DNA from: Paecilomyces variotii
Taxonomy: Eukaryota
Length of the DNA: 64,000 bases
NCBI GenBank assembly: GCA_004022145.1
Contig: RCNU01000002.1
Direction: 5' to 3' (one strand)
Below, piece by piece: positions 11,780-25,792 of this stretch (positions are counted from its first letter, which is position 1; every line of letters starts with the position of its first letter). A model generated the notes under the pieces. It made no database searches. It saw nothing but the letters and a program-made list of their open reading frames with translations, and was not told the origin of the DNA. Made by a program: the position numbers and the translations under genes.

Positions 11780-14700
11780 TCAAGAAGGGGGTGATATCGA
11801 CAAGCCGTTCATGAGTTTAGGCAGTGGTTTGCGACGTGCATTGTTCGTTGTCTTCGTCATACGGGGCTGTCCGTGCACCATTCGCGGTTCCTTCATCAAA
11901 GATATGTCGAGTTTCGCAGGTGCTGCCGATTTGAATGTTAGCGAGTTCTCTCTCTACAGTGGGCTCCGAAGTCTACAAAGGGTCGGTTTGTTCCTTACCT
12001 CTGGTCGTGAGACTGCCGTAATCACCCGAGAGATTTTGCTGGCTTCTACTGCTTGATGGGAAAGAAGTTGCAGCTGCCGATCGCCAGAGGTGGTTCGACG
12101 TGTCTGTGAGGAAATCGGTGACGGTACGGCCAGAGAAGATAGACGCCCGGCCACGATTACGCTTTGACAGGATAATTTCATCGAACAAGCTGATTCTCGG
12201 ATCCTTTGACTTCGGTTTCGCTCTCTCACGCTCACTTATGAACTCGTTGAAACCTTCGATGTGTGTAAGAGACCGCCGCGCCAAGCGCAAAAGAAGTACA
12301 ATAAGACCGGGTAACTTACCTTGTGTTTGCTGGAGTACGGCCATGTAGTCTGCATGCTCGTGCGGTAAGCTCTTGAGGAATGCTTCCATGTTGAAACTGT
12401 AAGTCAGGCCTGACTTCTTTTTATCGCCACTAGCAGGCACAAGATATTTCTTGTACGTGTAGAACAGACTGGCAAAGCATCGGACAAAGGCAGCCCGAAC
12501 CTGCTCAGGATGGAAAGCTGCAGGACAGACAATACAAATCTGAGGCGCACACTGGCCATGTACTATGATCTTGCACGCAGTGCATCTGTACATTCCTTCT
12601 TCTGCCCTCTCATCACACAAGGAGCAAGTAGCCTTCTCGTCCCAGGGTTGCAGCTGCAAGCAATGCCCTTCAGCATAACAGGAACTCTCCGTGTTGTAGA
12701 CAGCCTGCGCTGTCGCTTGAGGGACGATAGTCGAAGCAGCAATAGTGGACTGAGCGTACACTGATGGCGCATACGTCGATCCGCCATAATCTGTGCTCAG
12801 AGTCGTCACTGAGAGATTGGAGGCATGACCAAGGAACGGTGCACTGGGTCGCCTTGGAACTCCCGGGCGCCCAAAGGAGGAGCTCCTACGAGAGGACGTG
12901 TCGAAATGTCCCGATCGTTTCTCCCTCAAGGATGCTTGCAGAGCGTACCCGGAGTCGTTACGGGATGCGGGAGTAGAGGGCAGGGGAGGGAAGTGTCCTG
13001 AGGTTGGCGAACCAGTTCGCGGGGATGGCGGAGAGCCGGTCTTCGTCGTCGAACTTGTGCTTGGTCGGTCCGAGCCTGATTTATTAGAATAACGTCTGGC
13101 GAGCGCATACTGGTTCTGCGCATAGAGGAAAGTATTGAAAATCATAGGTTGGGGCGATCCCGAAGCGACGGGCTCTTGACCAAAAGCGTTTGAGTTCATA
13201 CTGACATACTTCGCAAGATGTGTCGGTTGCGCTTTCGATACAAAAATCGCAGGGTTTTCTGCCATAAATGAATCGAAAGGAAATGTCTCAACTGCGTATG
13301 CTGGTGGACCGGTGCTGACTCCGTACCGGCTATGGTGGGGAGCAGCTAGTTGAAGAAGAGACAGCAATTTCCGGCGCTGGTGACGAGGTAACGGCGTTGG
13401 CTTGGCTGTACTCTCAATTTCATTCTCGTCCAGGTCGACTAGCACGAAATCATCCGATGGTAATTCGACTTTCTCATATCTTCGCTCGATTCCAACAATA
13501 TAAGGGCAGGGTGCCTCGATTGCCTGTATCAGACGAGCAGGCAGTACGGGAATGAGGACCCCGGTCCACTGTAGTGGAAATAAGAGATCAATAAGAGCTC
13601 TAGTCGCCAGATAGAGCATCGACGTGTGAGACGACAGGAAAATAATCCTCGATTCAGTAAGAGCGTATTCAAAAAGGAGGATGATGTTGGATACTGAAAG
13701 CGCCTTGAATAACGCATACAAGTCCGTGTTGCGAGATCCCGGCAATTCGTTGATTGCCTCTCTCCGTGCAAAGAGGCGCAGCTCCCTGATTGCGATCTCG
13801 ACCTGCGTCTTCGACGAAACTGGACTGAAGGCTTCTGTGCAGAGATTCATCACGTAGCGTTCGAGAGGCTGCCAGACTCCTGTCCGGGGCGAACTGGGAG
13901 GCACTCTTGCGACGCCCCCTTCGGTCATTGGCACAATCACCGCCTTCAACCATTCTTTCCAGAAACTTGTCATTGATGAATCTTTGCCCAGGATACCGTA
14001 TGCACGAGGTATCCAGAATCCCGTATCCCCATCGGTGAGACCCTCAATCTTGGAGGCTGCTCCATGACGAACAGGCCGCAAGAGATCAGTCATCAGTCCG
14101 ATCTTCTCTTCCACAGAGCTAATCTCGTCCTCCAAGGCCTCTCTGTCTGCTGAGCCAGACTGAACTGTTGGCAGTTGGGCAAGAAGGCGTGATAGCTTGG
14201 CTCTCTCTGCCGCGAGCCTCTCACCGAGACTGGCAGCCAATTCTCTCTCCTCCCCTGTCATGTTATCTCTCCGCCATTCCTCGCAGCGCTTTTCTAATTC
14301 TTCTGCAGCCCGTGGATTCAAAGGGATCCACACCGTCACGCATATCGCATGCAACTTAGAGCCGTCGCCACCGGTCATGATGAATCCATGCCAGGTGGAC
14401 CGTGGCCGCTGATCTGAAGAGACGATACTAATGTCGTTTGGGAAGGCAAACATTGGCACGTAATCTGGAAACTTTCCTCTTTGGTTGTTCTCATCAGGCG
14501 CTCCCTTCTGAGGATATCTGTCGAGGAGGACAGGTTCGAATCTCCGTTTGAGCGGATGCATTGATGGTGAGGTGTCCAACGGTTGTGGAACTGGAATCAC
14601 GGAATTGTAGTTGCTCATGCGTCTCGAGGTTCGAACGGATGCTGTCAGAGTAAAACGTATTGTAAGCAAACTGGCAACAGAGAAGGGCGGAAGGTGCATG

Positions 14701-15371
14701 GGGAGCTTACCTTGACGAGCAACGGAAGGTTGTCTCTTCATGCTGTTCATATCCCTGAAAGACATGTGCCTACGCACGCTTCCGATACCTGATTTCAGAG
14801 GGTTCGTCTGCGGCAACTGCTCATCTGAGATGATCCTCTGCGTTCTCGGCCTCGGCTTTGGCCGTGTGTTCGTGATGGCTCCAGCACTGAGGCTCAGATC
14901 GGACAGGAAGGTCTCTCTCTCTGATGCAAACTTCAGCAGCGCCTTATCGAAGTCAAAGTCACCGAGGAATGAGGTCCTGTTCGGGGATGCGGCTCCTCCA
15001 GCCCCTCTGATTGTCATGCTGCTTCGGTTGCTGTGGGATCCTTTTGGATCGGACCCTGATGACCGCATTGACATCGACGCTTCGTTTGATAGCCTCGACA
15101 GACGCTGAACCGAATTCCGTCTTCCATTTCTCGATTCTGGTCGAGAAGAGTCCTCCAGAGGGACAGAGCCACTTTCCTCTTCGGCGTCGGCATCCTCTTC
15201 GATCGTATCGGAGAGGGCGGGGCCAGGAGCACTGTTTCTATGCGAACGATTGTACTCCTCTCCCAATCTCAAGAAGGTATCCAGTATTTCGGAGCCATCG
15301 ACACCGGCTATCCAAAAGAAATCTGCGAGGGGCGCGGTGGATGTCTCAGGAGTCGAGGTCGTTGGAGGCAT
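11780..15371 (-). CDS. DENN (uDENN/cDENN/dDENN) domain Rab-GEF with a C1-like Cys/His domain
   Basis: LADFFWIAG, FEPVLLDRYP, VPMFAFP, ESRIIFLSSH, LIPVLP..IEAPCPYIVG, and a CSLC..YRCTACKIIVHGQC motif. In-frame introns near 14644-14710 and 12262-12320. A final intron 11923-11998 leads to ...NGLSISPPS*. Confidence 0.88.
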
Positions 15372-18332
15372 GTCGACGAGATGGAAACGGCGGCTGTTGC
15401 TAGAAGCATGGACGAGGCGATAGTATCAAGGTCTCATATAGACCCGTCCTATAACACCAGGGGTTGTCTGTCACAATCACATCAATCACACCGCCAGCCA
15501 CGAGAGACGCCGTCCACAGAAATTGATTCCAATCGAGTCCTCCAGGAGAGAAGGTGTCAAGCAAGGAGGGACGTGGTGTGGACGAGGCACTGCGGTGTGC
15601 GCGCACCGGTTTCTGGGGATTCTGCAGGGGCAGAGGAGAATTGCCGTGAAGAGGCCAGTTAGACTGACTGTCAGGCCCAAGTTAGACACGCGGAAAGACT
15701 GCGCACTCCACAAAATGGAAAATTGGAGAAACACAACGTGCCTGTACGCTGGAACAGACGCACACAACGGCAATGGCCCCAGGAACCACCGCCAAAGACA
15801 ATCGCCCGCCACAAGGGAAGACCGCTAGCCGCAGGTGGGCAAGGGGGGCTTTGACAGGAAGAAGGATGATACGACCGAGGCCCCAAGAGATAGCGGCACA
15901 CTAGAGGCAGCTATCAGCGCTCCGTCTGGCGGCCGTCTTTAGTCTCAAAGGGCAAAACAGTTGCTCGTTCCTGGTGCGGCCTGGAAGACGGGAGACTGCG
16001 AACTCTTGGTGGAGGGTCACGTAACTTAACCATGGATAACGGTTTGGGAGCACACTTCCGATCCTAATTCAGTGGAGCTGATGTCGTGTGTACCAGATGC
16101 GTTCTTTATACGGTACTGCTGTCAATTTGTCCGTAGCTGGAGATCCAGGCTAGTCCAGCGTTCGCGAGAACTCCCGGGGGGGCGGGGTGAAAAGGGCGCA
16201 AAAAAATCGAGTGGAATGGCTATTCTGCCCTCTCTTGAGGTCTCGACAACACTTTTTTTTTTCTCTCTCTCGTCTTCAAACGGTGACGAGGAGGGAAATA
16301 AGTAGCGGCCAAACTCAGTTTTCTGTTCGCTACGCAATGCTGTCCCCATCTTTCACCCGTTCTCTACCAGCGTAACTTACTCCATAGTCCATACTCTCCT
16401 ACTCTAGGATTGAAAGGCTCTCCCGATCCAGCGAAGCGCTCTGCCGATGATTGTGGTGGCGGAGATACTTTGGTGGACAAGATGGGTCCATCATTGGATG
16501 GACATAGGACAAGTCTCGGTCATCGATTGTTCCCCAGCAGCCCAGCAGTTCAAACGATAAGCAGACTGGGTAAAGGATCTTCGGGTGATAGGATATACTC
16601 CATGCCTTGTGCGATGATCTGCATCGTTAGAACGATCAACGATCCATTGAGGACTCGTCCTTCTAGCCTTATTATTCCCTCGTCCTGACTCCTCCTCACC
16701 GTTTGCCCTCCCAGACAGGCAGCAAAGACTCAAGGAGTGTCTTGCGTCCCCATAGTTTCCCGCCAGGGCAACTAAGTAGCTGCTGTTTCGACGATTGTGG
16801 AGGACAAGCGTTAAGCAAAATTAGGCTCTGAGGGAGCCAGGCTCTTGTCTGGACCCCACAGGAACTATTTTCGAGTTGAGAACTCCTTAAGAGGCCGTGT
16901 CCTCTGTGTCACGACATCGGCGAGAAGCAATAATAATAGAATGCTGCAATCATTATCAATCATCATTATGCAAATGCAACGCGGCATGAGGCAGCCAGCG
17001 GTAGATAACTGCCATCCAACCGTATGGGCAGAGTCTTCGACAAGATGTATACTAGTGCCGGACGGACACCGATGTCTGCTTACCAACAACTCTACTGTGC
17101 AGAAGCCATTAACTATTGCTTGAATAAGCGAAGGTTCCCCGGTCTGCGGTTGGAGTCTTCTCCCTTCAAGTTCAAGGAGATCAGTCTTAGCCTGTTGTTT
17201 ACATGTCTATTGGGAAAATACGTTAAGCGGCCCTGTACAACTCCATCTGTCAGGGACCAGGTATTATTATTAGCATCCGCGTCTTCCCAAGTTTACTTGC
17301 AAAGGTAAAGTATAACCGCAACGTTCCTCAGTGGCGTTGAACTAGCCAAGTTGGACCTCAACTAGGAACCCAGGAGCTCAGGCCTCTTTACGGCTGCACG
17401 GCGAAAACGCTTTGGTCTTGAATCGCTAGCGTTTCAACTGCCGTTCTCATGGGAGATCCTTTCCTTGGCCAAGCATTTTCAGACACGCCGTCGGCACAAG
17501 AAAGCGATAGATACAACACTGGCCGGCTCGATCCGCAGGAAATATCCTCCGCTAACCCCAACTATATGCTCTGGAGCCCGTCTCAAAACGATGATCGCCT
17601 GTCATGGACGGTGTCCTTTTCCTGGAGGCCATTGCGGGAGCCACACACACAAATCCATCTGTAGTCGAATATAAAATCGACTAGAGGTAACACCGAACTT
17701 CGAAGGGAGGCATAATAATATGATAATAATAACTGTGGATGGACCGCGCTATGCTAGTAATTCCCGTTTCATCTGGGGAGCCCCTGTTGACTCAGTGACG
17801 CGACTAGTTTCCGCCCCATATTCGGGTGTCATGATTAGTTACTTGATTGCTCTAGTTAGATTAAACGAAGGAGCAGCAGCTCGATTTCTATACCAACAGC
17901 GCTATCGAAGGAGACCGCATTGCTCTCGAGACCTGTCTCGGATATGTTTCCCTGGGGACGGGATTGTTCTCCCCTACACGTTACATAAATAGAAATTATG
18001 CCGCAAGTGCCAGAGGTTGGTTGACGGGCGGAGAATGGCCCCATGCAGGGACCAAGAGCCCATCGATGCAGAGCATAGACATCGAACATCCCAAGCTGGA
18101 TCTTCCTGCGCCTGAAACAACCAGGGACTCGATAAACCGTCCCTAAAAGTCCACATCGGGCGGCAAGCTATCTGTTCACATCCGGGCCCATCGCTCGTAG
18201 AGCAGCCCATAGGCATAGAATGTCATGCGTTCTGCATATCTGGAGTTGGTCATGGTGAGAGAGGCCCCCATTGCGGTGAGAGCAGGAGCAGTAAGTTCCA
18301 GGAGTCACTCGTCAGTTCCTGCTGGGTTATTA

Positions 18333-19565
18333 TTATCGCTTCCTAGTTAGCAGGTTACCGGTGGTCAGGAATCCCTTGTCACCCATGGCGCTTCGCCATT
18401 CGATAGACAGTTGCCCGAGCGTAGCGCGACCATCTCGTTTCAGGTCTTTCTGCAAAGCATCCAGACCGTCCTGCTCACCAGGCTCTTGTTCAACAAGAAA
18501 GGAAACCTGCAGGACATCACGTGGATTGAGCAATGGCGCTTGAACCTTCAGACCATCTGGTCTATCGAAGTCCCAGTTTAATGAACGAGATTTGAAAGGT
18601 GGCTTCGGGTTTAGCGTTGTTTGCTACATAACAGTAAGCGACAGGCTTCTCCGCAAGCAAGTAGGCGTCTCAGAGTAACCAACCTGGACGACAACAGAAC
18701 CGTCTCCAACATTTTCCAGTTGTGCTTCGAGGGCAAATCGAAGCAGCCGCGACTTGCCGTATGGTCCTAGAGACTTATTGTCCACCTCTAGAGGCAACAG
18801 TTCAGTTGCCTTAGTCCTAACACTAAGACAAGGCTGGGCAATAAACTGGTAGAGCTTGCGGAAAGTCCTTGCACGTCCGCTTGCGGCTTGCGAGTTGTCT
18901 GCCATCAGAGTCTCCGTGTAACTAACGCTGACGGCCAGTATGTGGTTCCCCTCTTCCTTCAGATCGAACCGTACGATCTGTTGGAAAGATTCACCTTTCC
19001 CTAATCCCTCTGTCTGAAGCTCTCTGCTGGGTGGTGTAAGTTCTAAGGGGAATATCTGCGAAGGGGTCTGCATTTCCGCAAGGATGCGGACTGAGGTAAT
19101 GACCCTTGAGGACTCCTCTTGCGGCAAGTCATTGTTTGCACACAAGGAACATGCGAACGTCTCTCCAACATAGGCAGATCCAAAGGTGGGAGGAAGAGTA
19201 AGCTTTCCGTAAATGTCAGCAACTGAAATATATGCGTGTGAGAGGCCACTCGCGTACATTTGGGCTAAGAATGAATTCATTGTCACCCTCATTTGATGGG
19301 TAACTCAGCGACGCCTTTGGCGATATCTTAGTATTTGCAGCAGGCAATGGACATTGATATGAGAAGGATGGTCGTGATAGTCTGAAAGAGTCAATTTCTT
19401 TCTTCGAACAAGAACCAGAACTGGGATATCCTCAGCGTACCGTAAAACTGAACTTCAATCAGCCACGCAACATTATTAGAACGTCCATTGATACATACCT
19501 TTAAGAGATACTGCATGAGGCTCCTTGGGGGCCTCAGCCCCTGAGTGAGCGCGTGCTCGTGCCAT
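18333..19565 (-). CDS. TRAPP complex subunit 13-like protein (DUF974/TRAPPC13)
   Basis: N-terminus MARARAHSGAEAPKEPHAVSLK, then LTLPPTFGSAYVGETF, FDLKEEGNHILAVSVSY, FRKLYQF, LEAQLEN and LGQLSIEWRSAMGDKGFLTTG. Multi-exon; not all intron boundaries resolved. Confidence 0.85.
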
Positions 19566-20145
19566 AATATGGATATGATTTTGTAGTTGATGTTAGATTC
19601 TGATATTCGTTGACAAGATGACTAGAGATATTGTGAACTCATTAGTTAAATACCGTTTATCGCAAGTTGCTTGACATCTAATCAATTCCCCGGTGGAACC
19701 GCGGCTAGACGCGCCGCTGGAAGATCAAACCTAACAAAATGTGCAAATCGAACAAACTCCGATAACAATGAAACTCGAACTCCTCAACAATAATCATGAC
19801 AACAGAACTTAGTGACCGCTTAAGTTACCGCCAACGACGTAATAATCGCAGTTGGAGTTACACTAATAATACAGGCCTATCTGACATACTGGACCACTCG
19901 GTTTCAGGATTTTGTTGTGTCAATAGTAGTGGTCCTGCGACTGTTAACTATATCGTCTGCTGCAAATTACAGCACGTGTCGCGTTGAGCGGAAGCGCGTC
20001 CTATTGGATACCATCATCGGTTTTGGCACTGAATGGTCGTTCCATCTTATCGCCACTCCGCAACATATCACTATCAGCCAGCATCCTTCTGCACCGTCGC
20101 ATATTATCCTGATACTTCTTTCGAGGACCCTCGTTTACTAGCGTC

Positions 20146-21486
20146 ATGGGTTCTACCAGGACGACGTCGACCCCGACGAAACGGGGAGCTCCAAGTGCAA
20201 GCACGGGCGCGCAGACAGCGTCTGCCAAGAGGAAGAGAGCTACAGCTCAAGAGCTTAGTGCAGCTCCCATATCACCCCGATCGGTAAGAAGGAAGGGAAA
20301 TGCTGCAATGGCAGCCTCAGGCAGAGTCGATCTCATCGATTTGACTGATGAATCGTCACCGGTATATACTTCGCCCCGAAAGAGGGCAACGACAGGCTCG
20401 TCCTACCTTGAGGAAGTGACAGAGCGCCGTGCTAGGAGATTCCGCAATCACCCTCCAAATAGCTTTATAGAAAAGCTGATGCGAGCTACTACTCAACGGT
20501 AAGAGTTACTAGACTGGTCCATACACATCGTCGTCTGCTAACCTCAGTAGGATGTATGTTGTCGGTCAGACCAGGACGGGTACTGATACCGTCCCCGAGG
20601 GGCAATTCGACATGGTTGGCACTACGGGCAATATATATCGAGTCAATATAGGGAAGGTGCCATCATGCTCTTGTCCGGATGCACTCAAACGTTCTGACTT
20701 GTGTAAACACATTATCTACGTACGTATGGATCTTTTGACCTTGTCTAATTATACTTAATCACCTACGTTATTCTTACATTCGATTGCTAATGGCCAACCA
20801 GGTTCTTGTGAATGTTCTGAAGGCCCCAGAGCATCTGCAATATCAACTAGCTTTCCTGTCCTCTGTAAGTCGTCCCATCACTATACCACTTCACGAGGAT
20901 CATGGTCTGACCGTCTCAAGGAACTTCGCGAGATCTTCCAAGGAGCGCCCTCGAGTTCGCAAGAGAATGCCTCCGCAGAAGATACGTCGGGAAAGAGAAA
21001 ACCGATCGAGGGTGATTGCCCGATCTGCTTCATGGAATTTGATCCAAAGACCGAAGAAATAGTCTGGTGCAAAGCGGCATGCGGCAACAACGTGCACAAG
21101 GTGTGCTTCCAGCGGTGGGCCATGACGCAGCGTGCAAACGGAGTCCGCTGTGTATACTGGTGAGCAGTAACATACAATCACACGTCAATGTAAGACTATA
21201 CTGATGACCGTCTACAGCCGCTCCGACTGGCAAGCCGACGAAAAAGGACTTGAACTCTCGACTCTCCTACAACATGGCAGGATCAACAACGAAGGATACG
21301 TCAACGTCGCTGATCAACTTGGTATCTCTGGTGAACGTGGTATGCGACCGTCTCTGTATTTCGCCCGTTTTCAGTCCCCTTGTCGGATCAAAAGCTAACT
21401 GATGATCTTTCTTTTCTTCTTTCTCTGCAGATTATTCAACCTACTATCAGCCTTGGGCACGCCGGCGATACTACTCTTATGGCTGA
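20146..21486 (+). CDS. SWIM zinc finger plus RING finger protein (probable E3 ligase)
   Basis: RATTQR|MYVV; GTTGNIYRV; SWIM CSCPD..LCKHIIY; RING DCPICF..WCKAACGNNVHKVCF..W..CVYC|R; EGYVNVA. Ends YYSYG* at 21484-21486. Several short GT-AG introns. Confidence 0.88.
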
Positions 21487-21936
21487 GCTAGAGGTTAGTG
21501 TCTGATAGTTGACGTTTCCGTTTTTGTGTGCTCGATTTCGTCACGGGGCGTTTAAATGGACAAGTGGAATGGCGGTTTAGCAAGGCGTTTTGGAGACGAG
21601 TTCGATTAGGAATTTGCTTGTCAAGAGGTGCTATAGTTAATTGCCTGGGCTTTGAATACGAACATTGATATGCAACTAGGTTTGAAATCTTGAAAAAGGC
21701 TGTCCCCAATATAAAGTCTCTTGGACAGCCCCATCATATCCTTTTCCCTCGTCCTTGCTATTTAAGTTACTCCGCAAAACGCCGGGTATCCTCCCCGACA
21801 CCACACATAAGCTTCCTGTTGTCTGTATACAAGCAATCCGACAATCCAAAAGGGAAAAGCGAGACCCACAGCAAGAAGACAATCTAAAGAAAAAAAGGAA
21901 AATGACAATGAAATCGATCTGAAATAGAATTACATT

Positions 21937-23445
21937 TCATCGTTCATTATTGGGAACAATTCTCCTCCCTCCTTTCACAGCAGCAACGCTTACTGCCTCT
22001 TCGCCAGTCATCCACGACGGCATGCGCTCCGGATCTGCGACGCCTAGCTCCGCGAGACGACGCAGGCCGGAGACGACATCTGAGCCGTGAAATGTAAGTG
22101 TCATTGTTGGTGCGTCAGTGCTGTCAACGACATCATCATCGAGGACTTCGTCCTCTGCAACGGGAGGATCCAAGAGGCGGATATCGAGCCTGTCGAGCGC
22201 GGCTGCTGAGGCGGGCGTTCCGGCCGTACCGAAACGGGAGTAAACTGCTAGTTTGCGTCGCTTTGATCCTTCGGGGTCTTGTTCTGAGTCCGACTGTCGA
22301 AGATTCGATCGCTTCGTTTGTGTTTGTGTTTGTGTCTGTTGGTCTTTAGCATCCGTAGATGGCGGTTTTTGGACTTCCTCGTCTTGTTTCTCTGAAGATC
22401 CTTCACTCTGATATTCCTCTGGGGCAACGGTATTCGAGGCTCGTGGATCAAGAGGACTTCCTTCCAATACCGCGTCGGCGAATATACTGAAAGCGCCATT
22501 TGCGCTATTCGTCCTTCCGGGTCCGCGCAGCGCCAGGAGCGCATGGAGACTCTTCGCTGTAAGCGATGTCGGTTCCAACGTGTATCGCTCATGAGGACGG
22601 GATAGGGCCTTGGGGATAGCTTCTCGTAAAATATGCTGTAGAGTCCGGGTATCAGTTGCAAGGGGATGAGTAGCCGCAGGGGCGGTTTTTGTCCCCGGCG
22701 GGGCCGCGATGGAGGTATATAGAAACGGAGAACTATCCGGAAACGCAACATATACCACTCTTGAAGCATCCGTGAATATCTCCGGTGGTTGTCGAGGATA
22801 TTGATATGGGGAATCGGTAATGAATATGCGGAGAAAAGTCAATGGTAAGGACTTTGAGCGCGAGATATGATAATGCGCTTTCACCAGGGACGATATCTCG
22901 CGTTGGAGATTCTGCAGAAATGTCGACGGATGGAACCGCGGGATGCAAGCTGTTATATCTGATGCGGAATCAACACCGCTGTCTGGACTACTGCTCTTGC
23001 TTCCTCGGATAGGAGCCAATTTCAACGCCGTCCACCGGTGACTACCAGCGGGGTGGTCCTCGACGTAGCGCAGATCCGCCATCGCCAGCTGTCGAAGTGT
23101 GATTCCATGCCGCCAGTCTCCCTCTAGTATCCGATCGATAACCTCGCGCTTTCCGCCCCTCCTGCTCTGCAATTCGCGATACACCTCACGCACATCCTCT
23201 ACCGTCACCGCGGCGGGGTAGGGGTTGATTTCCTCATCGTCTCCGCGCTCCGTCTGATCTCGTTCGAGGAATGGTGGGAAGGACTGCACGTTTTTCTCAT
23301 CCAGCCATTCGAACGTGAGGTCCAGAAGGGACTGTCGAGAAATCTTTCCGAGGGTTTTAACCAGCGATGGGGTCGTGGAGGGGATTCGGAGGCTGTTCGG
23401 TAGACTGGCGGTTGTGGGCGCGCGGACGGTCTTGAGACGCGCCAT
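21937..23445 (-). CDS. chl4: Kinetochore protein CENP-N/Chl4/Mis15
   Basis: Single 502-aa ORF with KREVIDRILEGDWRHGITLRQLAMAD, KSLHALLALRG..R...ANGAFSIFA..SPL, and TFHGSDVVSGLRRLAELG..D..MPSWMTGE. Confidence 0.88.
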   Translation of the reverse strand: MARLKTVRAPTTASLPNSLRIPSTTPSLVKTLGKISRQSLLDLTFEWLDEKNVQSFPPFLERDQTERGDDEEINPYPAAVTVEDVREVYRELQSRRGGKREVIDRILEGDWRHGITLRQLAMADLRYVEDHPAGSHRWTALKLAPIRGSKSSSPDSGVDSASDITACIPRFHPSTFLQNLQREISSLVKAHYHISRSKSLPLTFLRIFITDSPYQYPRQPPEIFTDASRVVYVAFPDSSPFLYTSIAAPPGTKTAPAATHPLATDTRTLQHILREAIPKALSRPHERYTLEPTSLTAKSLHALLALRGPGRTNSANGAFSIFADAVLEGSPLDPRASNTVAPEEYQSEGSSEKQDEEVQKPPSTDAKDQQTQTQTQTKRSNLRQSDSEQDPEGSKRRKLAVYSRFGTAGTPASAAALDRLDIRLLDPPVAEDEVLDDDVVDSTDAPTMTLTFHGSDVVSGLRRLAELGVADPERMPSWMTGEEAVSVAAVKGGRRIVPNNER

Positions 23446-25792
23446 TTCACCGTATGGCAGCAGAAACTCGGGTTGGCGATTTTTTACATAACAACTTTCT
23501 TCATGGTAGCCTTACATTCCGAAAACAATGTTTTGGGCAGTAACCATAGGGAATTGAATGAGCGCGCCGTATGTATGTATGTATGTATGTCGAACTATCT
23601 ATCCGACGCGAAACCGTCGAGCAAACACGAAATACAGTACTTACAGATAAGTAAGGTCACGTGCTGATAAGACGATTCCCATACATTTAGGCAGCATACA
23701 AGTCAATAGTTACAGTGAAGTCAATTCTTGGACGTTCCAGGTCTTCTTTTACCTTTCTTCCACTTATCAAATGCTGACCGCTGAAAAATGTTGAAAAGAG
23801 ATACGGAGCAATAGTCGTGTATTTTGCTAACCCGAGCAAGAAAGATACAACGGGAAGGGCCTTTTGGGCAGATTATCTGCTCAGCGAATCTTCAAATCCT
23901 TCTTGACATGGGCATGTCTTCATTTGAAGACCTGGCGAAAGAACCTTATAGTTATCTAGACGATATATCTATGCATCCATTAACTATGCATAATATCAGT
24001 GAACCGCAGATATGGAGAAGTCGGAAATATTTCGCTGTATACTTCTAAAAGCCACCGGTACGAACTAAATAATAAGAAGGAATAACGATTAGTAAGAGCT
24101 GCAGAAAAACCCCAGTCAGTACGAACAGGTCGGTGGAACGGAATGATGCGCTGGTTTATCCCAGACTGGACGCCATACATGCATCTGAGAATCACCATAA
24201 CAGGAAATGGTCTTTTGACGAGCACAAAAGCTGAAAATCTTAGCAGACCCCGCACTGGTTGAGGATAGTTATTAACTAAGCAGCACGGATGACCAAGCAC
24301 GACATCGTCCATGGACGTCGAAGCGGGCTCTTGGAGGAGGTTTGGGGCGACCGGGGTATTGTCTTGATAAAAAGTTTATGCGAGATACGACTTGACCAGA
24401 CGAATAAAAGAAGAGAACCGTGGGGTTTCACCGCAGTAATCAGTGGTAGTACTGCCAAGTGTATCATTCCGAGATATTAATATTATTATTTCTGAGATAT
24501 TGTGCAACATAGCACGCGGAAATTGCGCGAACGGCGCTAGGATCAAACATGGCGTTTTGTATCTCCTAGGTCGCACGCGAGGCAGCTAAAGCACGGGCAG
24601 AATTCATAATATGATTGTCTAAGTGCTTCTTCTTGGCGTCTAATTCTCGAGGTGTTGATTCTTGGGGTGTCTATGTTGGCTTTGTTCTTTGTCCCGTAGG
24701 GGAATCGAGCTCGACATGAATCTGACGGGGTAACCCCTCATCCGGGGGGGCATTATAGGCGCCGCTTTAAGGACTATTGGTAATCACAGTTGTTCAAAAG
24801 GAGAGCTGATCACCTGGAACTTCCTGAGAAGCCAAGAGAAGATAAGAAGTAACTATACCGTGCAGGTAGCAGTGTCATTGTTCAAGTATTCAAGAATGGC
24901 CAGCCACACTGGACGGACGAAAGGACGAATATAGCAGCATACTGTAGAGTAGAGAAGTAATTAAGTAATGATACTGAATAATAGGATAACTAGGAGGTGC
25001 TCTTACCTGTATAGACTAATTGCCTACCTATTATTTACTGTACAGTATGAGATGAGACTACTACTATGATATACTACTCCTACTCTTCTTCTTCCCGCAC
25101 GGACAACGCCGGGTGAATTGGCCCGGTCGTCGGAGGCCGAGCATCGGCTGAGAACGGCAGTGATCGTGAGTCGATGTCATTGTGTGGCAAGCAGTGTCAT
25201 TAATTAATTAATCAATCAATCAATTTAATCTATCAAGAATAACTAACTGGAATCGAATATCTCAAACTTGGAAGTCTTGAAGAAAGGCAAGTTAACTAAC
25301 AATTGATTAATATTAATAATTACCAGACACTCACACAGGCCACAGCGCGATCCCGGTGATTCCTGGACTCCCTTCTCCGTACTGTTAACTAGTCCGTTCG
25401 CCTCCGCCCGCGGAAAAAGCCCCCCCACCGCACTGGCTCCCGCAAAAGGCTCCTCTGCCGCGTCCAGCATCCGATTTTCTCTCTTCATCCCACCATTCCC
25501 CCTCCGCGTCTCTCTGTTCTTCTCTTCTGCTATACCGACGCCTTCGCGATTCTGTCGAATGCCATCCTGGACGACAGAACAAAACGCATCTGAACCGCTG
25601 TCGCCAACGCCGTGAGACCGCACCGTCTGTCAGCCGCGGGGCATTATCCGAGTGTTCGCCGGTGCGCAGTCAGCAATCGTCGACCAACGTCTCACATCTC
25701 CACCTGGAGTGTCAAATCGATCAGATACGAATTTCCGACGAGGATACTTTGAACCTAAGGAACAGGCCGCGACGGGTGGTCAATTCAGCAAG

